Positions 44,359-54,760 of a DNA stretch of 64,000 bases are shown here, piece after piece. Location of the stretch: NCBI GenBank assembly GCA_963832265.1, contig CAWHTN010000008.1, forward strand, positions 34,527 to 98,526, in the 5' to 3' direction. This DNA comes from an uncultured Acidobacteriota bacterium (GTDB taxonomy: Bacteria > Acidobacteriota > Terriglobia > Acidiferrales > UBA7541). Each line of letters opens with the position of its first letter. The stretch's first letter is position 1. Under the pieces are notes generated by a model that saw only the letters and a program-made list of their open reading frames with translations, did not search any database and was not told where the DNA came from. A program made the position numbers and the translations under genes.

Positions 44359-46239
44359 CTATGGGCTAACCTGCATGAGTTCGCACCAGCGCTGGAGAAC
44401 AAAAAGATTCCAGACGCGCGACCATCCCACGGCGCCCTCCGACCGCTCGTAGTGATCCCACAGCCGATTCACCGCTTCTGGCTGGAGGATGCCGGTCTGG
44501 CGGAGCCGGTCCGGCGCAAACGCTTCCTTCAACACGTTGCGCAAGTCATTCGACAGCCAGCGCTGAAATGGAAACGTGAACGTGCGTTTCCTCCGTGCCG
44601 ACAAATCCGCCAGAAGAGCGGGAGGTAGGAAAATCTTCGCGGCATCGAGCAGTAGCCGCTTCTGCTGCATGCGAATACTCGACGGCAAGGGAAGCAGAAA
44701 CTCCACCACGCGATGATCGAGAAACACCGGCCGGACTTCGATGCTGTGAGCCATGCTCATGGCGTCCAGGTCGCGCAGCAGGCGCGGCTCCAGATGCGTG
44801 TGAATGTCCATGAAGGCGAGGCGCTCGCGGAGATCTTCTTTTTCGACTTGCTTGGACCAGTACGTCAGATGATCCGTCGCTTCCGTGTGATGGCCATTGC
44901 GGGCGAAGGAGGGGGAAATTAACTCGCCGACATCCCGGTCCAGGAAAAGCACCTTCACGGCAAGCTGTGCGGCCACGAACGGGTCGTCGGCGCCAATCAA
45001 GTAGGAAAGTTTTCTCCAGCGAAACGGAAATGCGTTCTGGTCGAGCAGGCGGCCGAACGGGACTGAGGGGAACGGCTTGGCCCACCGCGCAACCGTGTTG
45101 AACCGTTCGAACCAGGCGAGCGAATCGTACCCCCCGAACAACTCATCTCCCCCTTGGCCGGATAGCGCGACTTTGAATCCGGCTTCCGCGCCAAGTTTCG
45201 AAATCCAGTAGGAGTTCAATCCGTCCACGGAAGGCTCGTCGAGAGCCCAGACGGCGTGGTCAAGGTCGGCTTCCACCCGGCTTGCCTCTAGGGTCACGAC
45301 ATCAAGCGGAATGCCCAGCGCTTCCGCCGTGCGGCGCGTCAACTTGCTTTCGTCGAATTCGGCCTCGCCGAATCCGACCGTCATCGCCGAGAGATTTTGC
45401 GCTCCGGCGGCACGCGCTAGCGCGCCGAGGCACGCCGAATCCGTGCCGCCGCTCAGAAAAATCAGCACGGGAACGTCCGAGACAAGATGATTTCTCATCG
45501 CGTCAAGCAGAACGTTCGAAAGGTCCGCGGCGAGGTGATCCTTCGAGAACGGCTGCGAAGAGCGGGGGGAAAGCGACCAGTACGGCTCCGTGCGCCACTT
45601 GCCGTCCTTCCAGACTCCAATGTGGCCGGGCGCGAGCGGAGTTACTCCGCGAATGGCGGACCACGGCGGAGGGATATGCCCGAGTTGGAGGAACGCGCGC
45701 AGACCCGCAGGGTCGAGCTTGCGCGGCACGAGGCCGGAGGCAAGCAGCGCTTTGAGTTCGGAGGCAAATACAAGCTGGCCGGCGGACTCGTGCAAGTAAA
45801 GAGGCTTGATGCCCAAGCGGTCGCGCCCGAGAACCAGTTTGCCTTCGCGCTTGTCCCAAATTGCGAAGGCAAACATGCCGCGAAGTTTTTCGACGAAACG
45901 CTCGCCATACTCCAGATAGAGATGAAGGACAACTTCCGTGTCTGAGGTAGTGCGGAAGGAATGGCCGCGCCCTTCGAGTTCGGCGCGCAATTCTCCGGCG
46001 TTATAGGTTTCGCCGTTGTAGGTGATCCAGGTCTGGCCATCCGGGCTGGACATGGGCATGCGCCCACGATCGCTCAAGTCGATGATGGAGAGGCGGGCGT
46101 TAACCAGGAGACACGCTGCGAATTCCTGGACACCCTGGCTGTCAGGACCGCGGTGCTTCATGGAGGCGGCCATGCGGTCCGCGGCCGGGCGCAACGACTC
46201 GTCAGAATGAGTCGTTGCAATCCCTGCAATGCCGCACAC
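44359..46239 (-). CDS. Asparagine synthase (glutamine-hydrolysing)-like amidotransferase
   Basis: MCGIAGI N-terminal nucleophile, SGGTDS PP-loop, 626 aa. Confidence 0.88.
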   Translation of the reverse strand: MCGIAGIATTHSDESLRPAADRMAASMKHRGPDSQGVQEFAACLLVNARLSIIDLSDRGRMPMSSPDGQTWITYNGETYNAGELRAELEGRGHSFRTTSDTEVVLHLYLEYGERFVEKLRGMFAFAIWDKREGKLVLGRDRLGIKPLYLHESAGQLVFASELKALLASGLVPRKLDPAGLRAFLQLGHIPPPWSAIRGVTPLAPGHIGVWKDGKWRTEPYWSLSPRSSQPFSKDHLAADLSNVLLDAMRNHLVSDVPVLIFLSGGTDSACLGALARAAGAQNLSAMTVGFGEAEFDESKLTRRTAEALGIPLDVVTLEASRVEADLDHAVWALDEPSVDGLNSYWISKLGAEAGFKVALSGQGGDELFGGYDSLAWFERFNTVARWAKPFPSVPFGRLLDQNAFPFRWRKLSYLIGADDPFVAAQLAVKVLFLDRDVGELISPSFARNGHHTEATDHLTYWSKQVEKEDLRERLAFMDIHTHLEPRLLRDLDAMSMAHSIEVRPVFLDHRVVEFLLPLPSSIRMQQKRLLLDAAKIFLPPALLADLSARRKRTFTFPFQRWLSNDLRNVLKEAFAPDRLRQTGILQPEAVNRLWDHYERSEGAVGWSRVWNLFVLQRWCELMQVSP

Positions 46240-46244
46240 GAAGT

Positions 46245-47783
46245 CTATTTTCCAACCAGCGCGAGTCGCCAGCGTGGCACTTCGCGCAGGTGTCTGGGAA
46301 TGGGGACGGGCTGTGGCATTTGTGAGAGTTTAGGCAGGCGATACAACACCCCGATAAGCAGCCAGAAGTATGCGTTATTCACAAAATTCTGATAGACCTG
46401 CATTCCGAAGTACATGAGCAGGACGAGATCCACCACCGCATACCACCAAATTGCAAAAGCCAACGGAAAATATACGGTTTCGCGAAGATTTCGAACCATC
46501 TTCCAACCCTGCCAGAGCAACACCGAAACCCAAACAAACCACAGAATAAGACCAAAAATGCCCATTTCCACGATGAGGGACCCGTAACCGCTTTCCACGT
46601 TAAACGCCGGCGGGGGCTGGTTCAAGAAACTGGAAACATATTGCATTCCCAAGGAGGATAAGCCTGTGCCGTGTCCGGTGAGCAATTCTCCCTCTTGGAT
46701 GGCGCCCATAAGATTTTGCACGGGGTAATCCCAGGTTCGGTTGAGGAGCTCGGAACCTTCGCCATTCAACGAGAGCGTTTCGGTAAAGAAAGCCCAATTC
46801 CCGCCGATGACCGTGGGAAACACTTCGACCATGAGGATCAAGCCAAGTCCGCCGATCAGGAAGCCCCGGCGAAGCGCCTTCACCATGCGATGGCCCTGCC
46901 CCCACCGCCAGGGGGCGCCCCAGAGAAAAGCGGCAGTCATCACAAAGGCGCTGCCAATCACGAAAACGAATGGGGTGCGAGTCCCAGTAATCATGATAGC
47001 GACGGTAACGACTCCTATCCCCCAAAAGCCATACTTGGCGCCCGGCTTCCGGCTGAGCAGAAGGTACCCTTGTGCGCCCATCGCCAAAATCCAAAGCATG
47101 ATCAAGTAGTAGGAGAAGCGGCCCGCGCTGACGAAAACGGAACTGGGAGCAAATATCTCTTGGTGGGTTACAGGAGAGTATCTTGTTAAGTGAGAGAATG
47201 CATAGAGCTCATCTTCGTTATTTTCCGGCGTAAGGAAGCTCACTCCCAGCACGGACTGGGCAATTCCCAAACCTGAGATCACGATCCCGGCAACCAAACT
47301 CACCTTGAGAAAACGATCCAAGTCCTCCGGGCGCTTGAGCATCGCGTAACCGAGAAACATCAGCGGGGCGTAGTAAAAATAGAGTTTCAAGCCCAACAAA
47401 CCATACATTATGTTCGGGGAGAATGTATTGAAGACCTCGACGAATGCAAGCGCAAAAAAAATCCCGAGCGGAACGAGAAAAGGAAACTTGAAAATGTCAA
47501 CTTCCCGCCGGCGTTTTGCGAGATAGAACGAAAGGTAGGCAATTGAGACCAGGAAGTCCTTGGCAAAATATACTGTCATGCTGTTGCCAAGATATTTGCG
47601 GGCGAGATCCTCAAATAGGAGCCAAAGCAAGAATAGAAGCACGCCGCTGCGCCAATCATTTAGGATATGAATAACGAGTGCAACAATAACCAGACTCAAT
47701 CCGAACATGATCAAATTCTTGTCAGAACCTGCAACGATCCAACTTGCCAATTCCCAAATGACGCCCACGATGATCAGACCCAT
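46245..47783 (-). CDS. O-antigen polymerase/ligase-family (Wzy-like) polytopic membrane protein
   Basis: 512 aa, more than 10 hydrophobic segments. Low G+C (~42% in a spot count), as is common for wzy-type genes. Confidence 0.55.
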   Translation of the reverse strand: MGLIIVGVIWELASWIVAGSDKNLIMFGLSLVIVALVIHILNDWRSGVLLFLLWLLFEDLARKYLGNSMTVYFAKDFLVSIAYLSFYLAKRRREVDIFKFPFLVPLGIFFALAFVEVFNTFSPNIMYGLLGLKLYFYYAPLMFLGYAMLKRPEDLDRFLKVSLVAGIVISGLGIAQSVLGVSFLTPENNEDELYAFSHLTRYSPVTHQEIFAPSSVFVSAGRFSYYLIMLWILAMGAQGYLLLSRKPGAKYGFWGIGVVTVAIMITGTRTPFVFVIGSAFVMTAAFLWGAPWRWGQGHRMVKALRRGFLIGGLGLILMVEVFPTVIGGNWAFFTETLSLNGEGSELLNRTWDYPVQNLMGAIQEGELLTGHGTGLSSLGMQYVSSFLNQPPPAFNVESGYGSLIVEMGIFGLILWFVWVSVLLWQGWKMVRNLRETVYFPLAFAIWWYAVVDLVLLMYFGMQVYQNFVNNAYFWLLIGVLYRLPKLSQMPQPVPIPRHLREVPRWRLALVGK

Positions 47784-48159
47784 TACTGCAGCCTTGACCT
47801 GCCGATTACCGCTAAGAGAACCTGCTGGTGGTTAGCTGCATACTCTGTCTTTGGAGATCAATTCCTCCTGGTGATTATGCTTGCGCGATTCGCGCACTGC
47901 AACGGGCAAACTCACATGATGCACAATGCGCTCACATTCCGCGAGGGTGAAGATTTAAGTGTCCGGCTGTGGGACAATTTAATCGTGTTCCCATCCCGGC
48001 AGACTGGGGCTGATAGGAAAAAATACCCTGGAAATCAGCGAACTAGCAAGTCGAAAAATCTATGGTCTCAATGTAGAATCTTAGAATCGTTGTAGTGTCG
48101 AAAAGCGGGTATGAACTTGCGACGGGAGGGATATAGGTACTACGAGGCGAAGACCGGGA

Positions 48160-48915
48160 ATGAGTTTGCAGCCAATGCGATATCGAATTCTCTTTTGGGG
48201 AAAGGAGATACTTTTCCCCGGCCTTGATCTGCACACGCGATGTCGATATCGATTCCTTTCCAGATACTTTAGGCAAGGAGCCATTGACACATTGGATGCA
48301 GGGTGTGGCAATGGAGCGCTATCCTACGCGGCCTACCGGAGGGGGAATCGAGTGCTGGGTGTGACCATGGAGCCAGGGCAGGTGAAAAAGGATAACGAGT
48401 ATTTTTCTTTTCTGGGAACTGATCCTGATCGGCTAAAGTTTGAGGTCTGCAATCTTTACGATTTGCCAAAGATCAATCAGAAATTTGATCAAATCATCTG
48501 CTCGGAAACATTGGAGCACATTACAAGGGACAAACTAGTGGTTCAACACTTTTACGACATGCTTCGCGAAGAAGGGGTGTTGCACCTCTGTTGCCCGTAC
48601 TCGGAGCATCCAGGCAATAAGGGGCGAGTTTGTACCGATGAATCGGTGGGATGGCACGTCCGCGATGGATACACTCTAGAAAGCTACCGGGCGCTCCTTG
48701 AACCGGTAGGATTCCAGATCGTCAAAAGTGCTGGGTTTGGTTCACCCCTTTTAGTGAAGTTGACGAATGTCATTCAGCCCGTGTTGAGCCGAAAGGGTGC
48801 GAAATTCGCCCTGCCTTTGTTTCTTCTCACATGGCCCCTGCAACTTCTCGACTACCAGAATCCCGCGATCCCAATCTCGCTCTATGTTCAATGCGTGAAG
48901 ACGCCGCGACATTAG
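48160..48915 (+). CDS. Class I SAM-dependent methyltransferase
   Basis: Motif I TLDAGCGNG. Low G+C (~42% spot count). The only plus-strand gene in this part of the cluster. Confidence 0.7.
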   Translation: MSLQPMRYRILFWGKEILFPGLDLHTRCRYRFLSRYFRQGAIDTLDAGCGNGALSYAAYRRGNRVLGVTMEPGQVKKDNEYFSFLGTDPDRLKFEVCNLYDLPKINQKFDQIICSETLEHITRDKLVVQHFYDMLREEGVLHLCCPYSEHPGNKGRVCTDESVGWHVRDGYTLESYRALLEPVGFQIVKSAGFGSPLLVKLTNVIQPVLSRKGAKFALPLFLLTWPLQLLDYQNPAIPISLYVQCVKTPRH

Positions 48916-49120
48916 GAGCATCGTAGATATTGTTGACTCCGGCCTCTGTTGAGTGACATTTACAGGATGATTGCTGTCGGCGCATAGGACGATTGTACAT
49001 GCCCATTCGTGTGAAGCCGACAGACAAGACGACATTGAGAAACGGGGCCGTTAGGATGCCGAGAGAGGCTTCATAAGGTTTCAAACAAATGGTGCGCGCT
49101 GGCGGAATTCAAGTGGAAGC

Positions 49121-50422
49121 TCAATCTTTTGCTACGAACTCAACCGCACGAACGAAGCTATCTACGTACTCCTGGGGCGACCACGTTTCCATGCGGCGCC
49201 GCGCCGCACAGCCCATGCGCGCCCTCTTTTCCTCATCCGGCAAAATCTGCCGAAGGATCGCGGCCAAAGCCTCGACATCCCCGGCCGGAAACACATAGCC
49301 GTTTTCGTCCGGACGCACCAGATCGAATTTCGCGCCCACGCTGTCGCTGACTGCCACGGGCAAACCACAGAGCATGGCTTCGTTGACGACCAATCCGAAG
49401 GGTTCGAACAAAGAGGGCAGGACGAACAAGTCCGCGGCGCAATAGGCAGACGGGAGCTGCGACTGATTCAGAAAACCAAGAAAACGGACGCGGTCCGCGA
49501 TGCCTGACTCTGTAGCCCGGCGTTCGAGACGGCTTCGTTCAGGCCCATCACCGACAAGAACGAGATAAGAATTCGGAACATTCGCCCGGGCAAACGCTTC
49601 GAGCAGATCCATGGGACCCTTCCAGCGCTGAAGCTTGGCGCAGAAGAGCGCCACAGTTCCGCCGGCCGGAATGTTCCAGGCGGCACGCGCCGCACCGCGG
49701 TCTACTTTGGCAGCTCGTTCGGTCCACCAATCATTGTTGACTGCTGTTGGGACAAGGAAGATGTGGTTGCTCGGAAAGCCGAGGGACTTCAAATACTCCA
49801 CACCTCCGGAGGACGAAACCAAGAGGGCGCTCGCCAGCGAAAAAATTCGCCGCACCAGCCACCTCTTGAATCGAAGCTTCCAGGGCGATTGCGTCCTCCA
49901 GCTTCGCAGACTGTGCGAATCCGTTATGAAAAGTATAGGAGTGCCATTCCATTTTGCCGCTGCGATGGCGATCCATGCCGTGAAATAAAAATAGCCGGGG
50001 AGAATCGCGGCATCGAAGCGACTCTTGCGAATCAGATTCCACACTCCGGGATTGAACAATCCGAAGAAGCGACCCAATCCTGGAACTGGCGAGTGATTCG
50101 GCAATTGGACCCACGGATAGCCCTCTAGTACGGATGTGTCCCAGGCAACTTCCACGCCGAATTCCGGGTCGATCTCGGGTTTCGCGCCTTGCAGCGTGCA
50201 GTATGCGATTTGGAGATCGAGGCGCGGATCCTGCGCCATTCGGCGAAACAGTGGAGACGAGTACTGAATCACGTGAGACGCCAGGATGAGAATTCGCCGT
50301 CGCCGCCCGGCAGCGAAGTCCGAGGCATTTGCAGCTTCGATGGTTTCTCGAGACATGGTGCCGGAACGCAATCCGGAGAAACGCAAACAATTTCTGGCAC
50401 CGAAGTCTTCCGGCGCGTTCAT
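49121..50422 (-). CDS. Glycosyltransferase family 4
   Basis: ATG 50422 overlaps the upstream stop (ATGA). PSLFEPFGLVVNEAMLCGLPV motif. Confidence 0.8.
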   Translation of the reverse strand: MNAPEDFGARNCLRFSGLRSGTMSRETIEAANASDFAAGRRRRILILASHVIQYSSPLFRRMAQDPRLDLQIAYCTLQGAKPEIDPEFGVEVAWDTSVLEGYPWVQLPNHSPVPGLGRFFGLFNPGVWNLIRKSRFDAAILPGYFYFTAWIAIAAAKWNGTPILFITDSHSLRSWRTQSPWKLRFKRWLVRRIFSLASALLVSSSGGVEYLKSLGFPSNHIFLVPTAVNNDWWTERAAKVDRGAARAAWNIPAGGTVALFCAKLQRWKGPMDLLEAFARANVPNSYLVLVGDGPERSRLERRATESGIADRVRFLGFLNQSQLPSAYCAADLFVLPSLFEPFGLVVNEAMLCGLPVAVSDSVGAKFDLVRPDENGYVFPAGDVEALAAILRQILPDEEKRARMGCAARRRMETWSPQEYVDSFVRAVEFVAKD

Positions 50423-51441
50423 GGCTTTCTTCCTCTTGCATTGATCCCATTGAATCCGGTTCCGATGTAGACATCCACGAGGCCCGCGTCGGAAAACCAC
50501 TGGCGCACAGTGTCAAGTGTCTGCGGATGGTCGTGCACGGGAGAGAACATATCGAGGGCGCTCAGGATTTTCACCTGAACCAGTTCTTCGTCCGTGAAAA
50601 TTAATCTTGGCGCATGCGATACCGGGCCGATGGGAATGAGGTTGCCAATCGGTTTTCCCACGAGCGGCATCTTGTAGAGCGCCTTCTTCAAGTAAAACGC
50701 CGGGGGAATCACCAGCGAGAGGAATCTGTGAACGCCTTTGGGACCCATCCAGGTGAGAAAGGGGCGCGCCCAATATTTCAGCGGGGGAAAGAGTCCCGTG
50801 TGCTTGTGATAGACGTCGACAACAATCTCTCCGCCAGGGCGCAGGAAGGGCACCAGGCTCATGAATGCGGCGCGCACGTCCGGACAGTGTTGCAGGACTC
50901 CCATGCAGAATACTTTGTCGAACGATTCTTTCCTGAACGGAATTTCGTAGATGCTGGCTTGCACGATGTGGACGCGGCCGGAATCGCCGTTATTGCGGAG
51001 ATTGGCTTCCACGGCGTTGCTCAAGTCAAAGGAAAATAGTTCCGCGCCGGTTTCGAGCGCGATCTGGGTGAAGCGGCCCATGCCGCAGCCCGCCTCGAGG
51101 ATCGCCTGGCCGTCCATTCTTTGCGGCCATTGCGTCGTGGCAAAAAAGCGCTCGCGGCTCAGGTCGTTGCCCATGTGGCTGTCGAGCTGGGTCTTGTCGA
51201 AGTAGTTCCACTGGTATCCAAAACTGTGGGCGTATCCCTCGCTGGGAACAAATCTCGCAATGGACCGCACGATCGGAAAAACATGTCCGCAGGACGTGCA
51301 GATCAACTTCCCTTCGGTGACGATTCCATTATTTTCAGTAGTAGAAGCGGATTCCGCACGGAGGGGCGCGCCACAGGCGATGCATCTCAGCCATTCCACT
51401 GATTCCAAATTCATCCCGGGGCGCAGCTCCTTGACTCCCAT
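50419..51441 (-). CDS. SAM-dependent methyltransferase with N-terminal Trm112-like zinc ribbon
   Basis: CIACG...CTSCGHVFPIVRSIARF, then motif I ILEAGCGMG. Confidence 0.75.
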   Translation of the reverse strand: MGVKELRPGMNLESVEWLRCIACGAPLRAESASTTENNGIVTEGKLICTSCGHVFPIVRSIARFVPSEGYAHSFGYQWNYFDKTQLDSHMGNDLSRERFFATTQWPQRMDGQAILEAGCGMGRFTQIALETGAELFSFDLSNAVEANLRNNGDSGRVHIVQASIYEIPFRKESFDKVFCMGVLQHCPDVRAAFMSLVPFLRPGGEIVVDVYHKHTGLFPPLKYWARPFLTWMGPKGVHRFLSLVIPPAFYLKKALYKMPLVGKPIGNLIPIGPVSHAPRLIFTDEELVQVKILSALDMFSPVHDHPQTLDTVRQWFSDAGLVDVYIGTGFNGINARGRKP

Positions 51442-51514
51442 TCGTTCCTCACAACCTTAGCCCGTTGGCGCAGGCATTCCAAATGATCTGAACTTCGTTA
51501 CGCGCAAGGCTTAA

Positions 51515-51586
51515 GTGGCACAGGCTTCAGCCTGTGGGGGTTAGTCCAAGCAAGGACCAAAACCCACAGGCTGAAGCCTGTGCCAC
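51515..51586. repeat. REP doublet class A variant (GTGG/CCAC ends)
   Basis: GTGGCACAGGCTTCAGCCTGTGGG (51515-51538) / CCCACAGGCTGAAGCCTGTGCCAC (51563-51586). Confidence 0.85.
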
Positions 51587-51775
51587 TTGAGCATCGTAAC
51601 TTTATCCTGAACGAGTCAAGAGTTCCAACGTTACCTGGATGGATTGTCCCGGCAAGCGCACAGAGCCGGCGCATGGATAGGAATCGGCACGAATGGTGGA
51701 CCTTATCGAAGGCAATTGTGGCCAGTGTATACTGCCCGCGGCACGAGACAGACTGCCAGCGCAAAGGGGAAAGGG

Positions 51776-52759
51776 ATGAGAGCGATTGCTGTACCGGGCA
51801 TAGACATCCAAATACCCGTCGTAGGATTTGGCTGCAGCCGCCTTGCTAGCGTTGGCGAGAAGAAAGCGCTTCATCTGCTTGGGACGGCGTTCGATGCGGG
51901 AGTGCGTCACTTTGACGCTGCGCGCTACTACGGATACGGAGAAGCCGAGGGGTTGCTGGGAACCTTCGTGAAATCCCGCCGCGCGGAGGTCACGATTACG
52001 ACGAAGTTCGGCATCGAACCGCCACGGCGCACGAGTGCGCTGGGATTTGCCATGCAAGCGGGGCGTCGGCTCGCGCAGTTCGTGCCCGCCGCGCGCGGTT
52101 TCCTGCGGCGCCGGGCGCAAGGCCTCGTCAAGAGCGGCGCCTTCAGCGTGAAAGACGCGCAGACCAGTCTCGAAACGAGTCTTCGCGAGCTGGGCACCGA
52201 TTATATCGATTTTTTCCTGCTGCATGAATATACAGTCTCCGAAAATTCCCCCGATGAGTTGGTGGCATTCCTGACGGATGCTGTCAGAGCCGGAAAAATT
52301 CGCTATTTTGGATTGGCAACGGGAATTGAAAGTGTCTTGCGGGCCTTGGAATGCCAGCCGGAACTTTGCACGATCGTGCAATTTGAGAACAGCGTGCTCC
52401 ATCGGAATGTGGAACGACTTCCCCGAGGCGGGCCAGATCGGCTCACGATCACATTTGGATCGCTCAGCGCGAGTTATCATTCGGTTTCAACTTTCCTCAA
52501 AGCGCATGGCGATATCGCGGGAAACTGGTCTGCAGAACTCGCCGTGGATTGCTCCAAGGACGAAACAATCTCCGCGCTGATGCTAAACTATTCGGTTCAA
52601 GCGGATCCGAATGGACTCGTGCTGTTTTCATCCAAGGACGCTTCGCGAGTGAGCAGGAATGTGAAAGCGGTTCTGGAACCTGAACTTTCTCCCGCGCAAG
52701 TTGAGTTGTTCGGGCAGCTTGTGGAGCGAGACATGATGCCAACGAAACAATCGGCATAG
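51776..52759 (+). CDS. Aldo/keto reductase
   Basis: Start MRAIAVPG. GFGCSRL, FDAARYYGYGEAEGLLG and DFFLLHE motifs typical of AKRs. Confidence 0.75.
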   Translation: MRAIAVPGIDIQIPVVGFGCSRLASVGEKKALHLLGTAFDAGVRHFDAARYYGYGEAEGLLGTFVKSRRAEVTITTKFGIEPPRRTSALGFAMQAGRRLAQFVPAARGFLRRRAQGLVKSGAFSVKDAQTSLETSLRELGTDYIDFFLLHEYTVSENSPDELVAFLTDAVRAGKIRYFGLATGIESVLRALECQPELCTIVQFENSVLHRNVERLPRGGPDRLTITFGSLSASYHSVSTFLKAHGDIAGNWSAELAVDCSKDETISALMLNYSVQADPNGLVLFSSKDASRVSRNVKAVLEPELSPAQVELFGQLVERDMMPTKQSA

Positions 52760-52875
52760 AACTGAAGTCGCCGGTCAATTGAAACTCTGCCTTTGAATCT
52801 CAGCGGACGCGGCTTTTGCGAATATCGGCGCGTGGCCGGAACGATGGGCGCTCTCTTTGCAGACGACACGGAGGA

Positions 52876-53580
52876 ATGATGAAGAAGCTTTTGCTGCTCA
52901 TGAGCGAGTCGCGTAGAAAGCGGCTTGCCTGGGCGATGTTCAGGAACCAGGGAGAGTTTCTAAACGCTTTGGGCGGCAACACGCAATTGCATCAGTGGCT
53001 GAAAGCCAATCAACCGATTCCGTACTTTAAACACAGATTTGAACTCTATGCCGACATGCAGGCGAAAGTGCTGGCTGGAGAAGCAATCGACTATCTCGAG
53101 TTCGGAGTGCGTTATGGGGACTCGCTTTTCAAGTGGAGCGGTCTCAATGCCCACCCCGATAGCCGGTTCTTTGGTTTCGATTCTTTTGAAGGAATTCCTG
53201 AAGATTGGGTCAGCGTCACGGGAGAGTCGAAGAAAGGCGCAATGTCTGTGGGAGGAGTCGTGCCTCAGACTTCCGACCCTCGCATCCGTTTTGTGAAGGG
53301 TTGGTTCAACGAGACCTTGCGCCCATTTTTGCGGGATTTTACGTCTCGCTCAAGACTGGTGATTCATAACGACGGGGATCTGTTTTCTTCTACACTCTAC
53401 ACGCTGGCCACGCTCGACCCCATTTTGCGGCCGGGTTCGATCCTGATCTTTGACGAGTTCGCAAATCCGCTGCATGAGTGGCGGGCTTTTCAGGACTACT
53501 GCTCCGCCTTTGGCCGCTCGTGCAAGGCATTAGGCGCGGCGGGGGATTATTTCACGCAGGTCGCGATGGAACTTTTGTAG
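52876..53580 (+). CDS. TylF/MycF-like (Methyltransf_24-type) O-methyltransferase
   Basis: ATG after GGAGGA. IDYLEFGVRYGDS, FGFDSFEGIPEDW and IHNDGDLFSST resemble macrocin-O-methyltransferase-family proteins. Confidence 0.55.
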   Translation: MMKKLLLLMSESRRKRLAWAMFRNQGEFLNALGGNTQLHQWLKANQPIPYFKHRFELYADMQAKVLAGEAIDYLEFGVRYGDSLFKWSGLNAHPDSRFFGFDSFEGIPEDWVSVTGESKKGAMSVGGVVPQTSDPRIRFVKGWFNETLRPFLRDFTSRSRLVIHNDGDLFSSTLYTLATLDPILRPGSILIFDEFANPLHEWRAFQDYCSAFGRSCKALGAAGDYFTQVAMELL

Positions 53581-53651
53581 CGCCGGCGTCCCGCCGGCGA
53601 TTTTTCCGACTTCCACACTTTGCAAAAAAGCCGGCGAGACGCCGGCGCTAC
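53577..53651. repeat. REP doublet class F; its GTAG contains the stop codon of the upstream gene
   Basis: GTAGCGCCGGCGTCCCGCCGGCG (53577-53599) / GCCGGCGAGACGCCGGCGCTAC (53630-53651). Confidence 0.8.
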
Positions 53652-53665
53652 AGAAATCCACAAAG

Positions 53666-54760
53666 TCATCGTCCGGACATGGCGCTCTTGAATTGCGACG
53701 CTATGGCATTCCAACAAAAGTATTGCTGCGCTGCGGTCGCATTGCGTCGCCGCAGCTCACGGTATAAATCTTCATCACTCAAAACCTGGGCAAGGGCTTG
53801 CACCAGTCCTTCGCGATCGTGGAGATCGACCAACTTTACGCCAGCCTCGGTAATCGGGAAACCGGTCTCCGCCCCACGATAGCCGACGATGGGCACGCCG
53901 CAGACAATTCCGGCGATCGCGCTGCCACGCCTGCTGGACACATGTCCGCGAACGCACAGCATCACCTGAGCGCTTGCGAGAGCATGCACGAGATCTTCGG
54001 CGGGCATCAATCCGAGCATCGAGAGTTCAATGCCCGATCCGTCCAGCGCTTTGCGTAATTCCTCTTCAAATACGGCGGTTCCTCTCCCGATCGCGATCAG
54101 GCGCAAACGGACACCTTTGGACTGGACGCACTTCAGTGCATAAGTGATGTCTGAAACTTCCTCAACACCTTGAGGGCCGCCGGTAAATCCAAAAACGGCA
54201 ACCGTAGACTCACTCGACGGCAGCCCGTCATTGTCTGCGATCTTGCGGCCGAGTTCAGGGAAGTTGGATCCGACGGGAATGAATATTGCCTTGTCATGCC
54301 GTGGGAGAAGCCACGTGATTTTGTCGACGGGAACCGTGAAGACAGCCAAATTGGAACGTGCATAAAGCCGGCGCAGTAGGTGCATCTGAGAATATGCGCG
54401 GGCACGGCCCACGATGCCCGAACCACGCGCCGGCATGAAGTCGTGAAAAACGACGCCGGGGCGAGCGCCGCATTGCCGCAGGACATCGAGAACATGAGGG
54501 GCACGCAGAGGAAATCCGCGGGACGACCACGCCAGCGTCGTGTATTGAAGGAAGACCCAGCGATCGCGCCAGGCCGCGGCTGCTTTGCGCATCTCGGCGA
54601 GGGCATCGCGCCATCCTTTTTCAGCCCAGTGAACCGGCACGATCTCGAAGGAAAGTCCACACTGGACGCCGGCCTCGCGCAGTTTTTCGCAATAATCCGC
54701 CACGCCGTCGGTGGGCTCGTCCCGCCGCCCGAGCAGCAAGACCGCCTTTTCAAGGCTCAC
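53666..54760 (-). CDS. GT-B fold glycosyltransferase (GT4-like, divergent)
   Basis: 364 aa. The C-terminal half (VAVFGFTGGP...RGSAIAGIVCGVPIV) fits a GT-B C-domain. 4-nt overlap with the upstream gene. Confidence 0.5.
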   Translation of the reverse strand: MSLEKAVLLLGRRDEPTDGVADYCEKLREAGVQCGLSFEIVPVHWAEKGWRDALAEMRKAAAAWRDRWVFLQYTTLAWSSRGFPLRAPHVLDVLRQCGARPGVVFHDFMPARGSGIVGRARAYSQMHLLRRLYARSNLAVFTVPVDKITWLLPRHDKAIFIPVGSNFPELGRKIADNDGLPSSESTVAVFGFTGGPQGVEEVSDITYALKCVQSKGVRLRLIAIGRGTAVFEEELRKALDGSGIELSMLGLMPAEDLVHALASAQVMLCVRGHVSSRRGSAIAGIVCGVPIVGYRGAETGFPITEAGVKLVDLHDREGLVQALAQVLSDEDLYRELRRRNATAAQQYFCWNAIASQFKSAMSGR

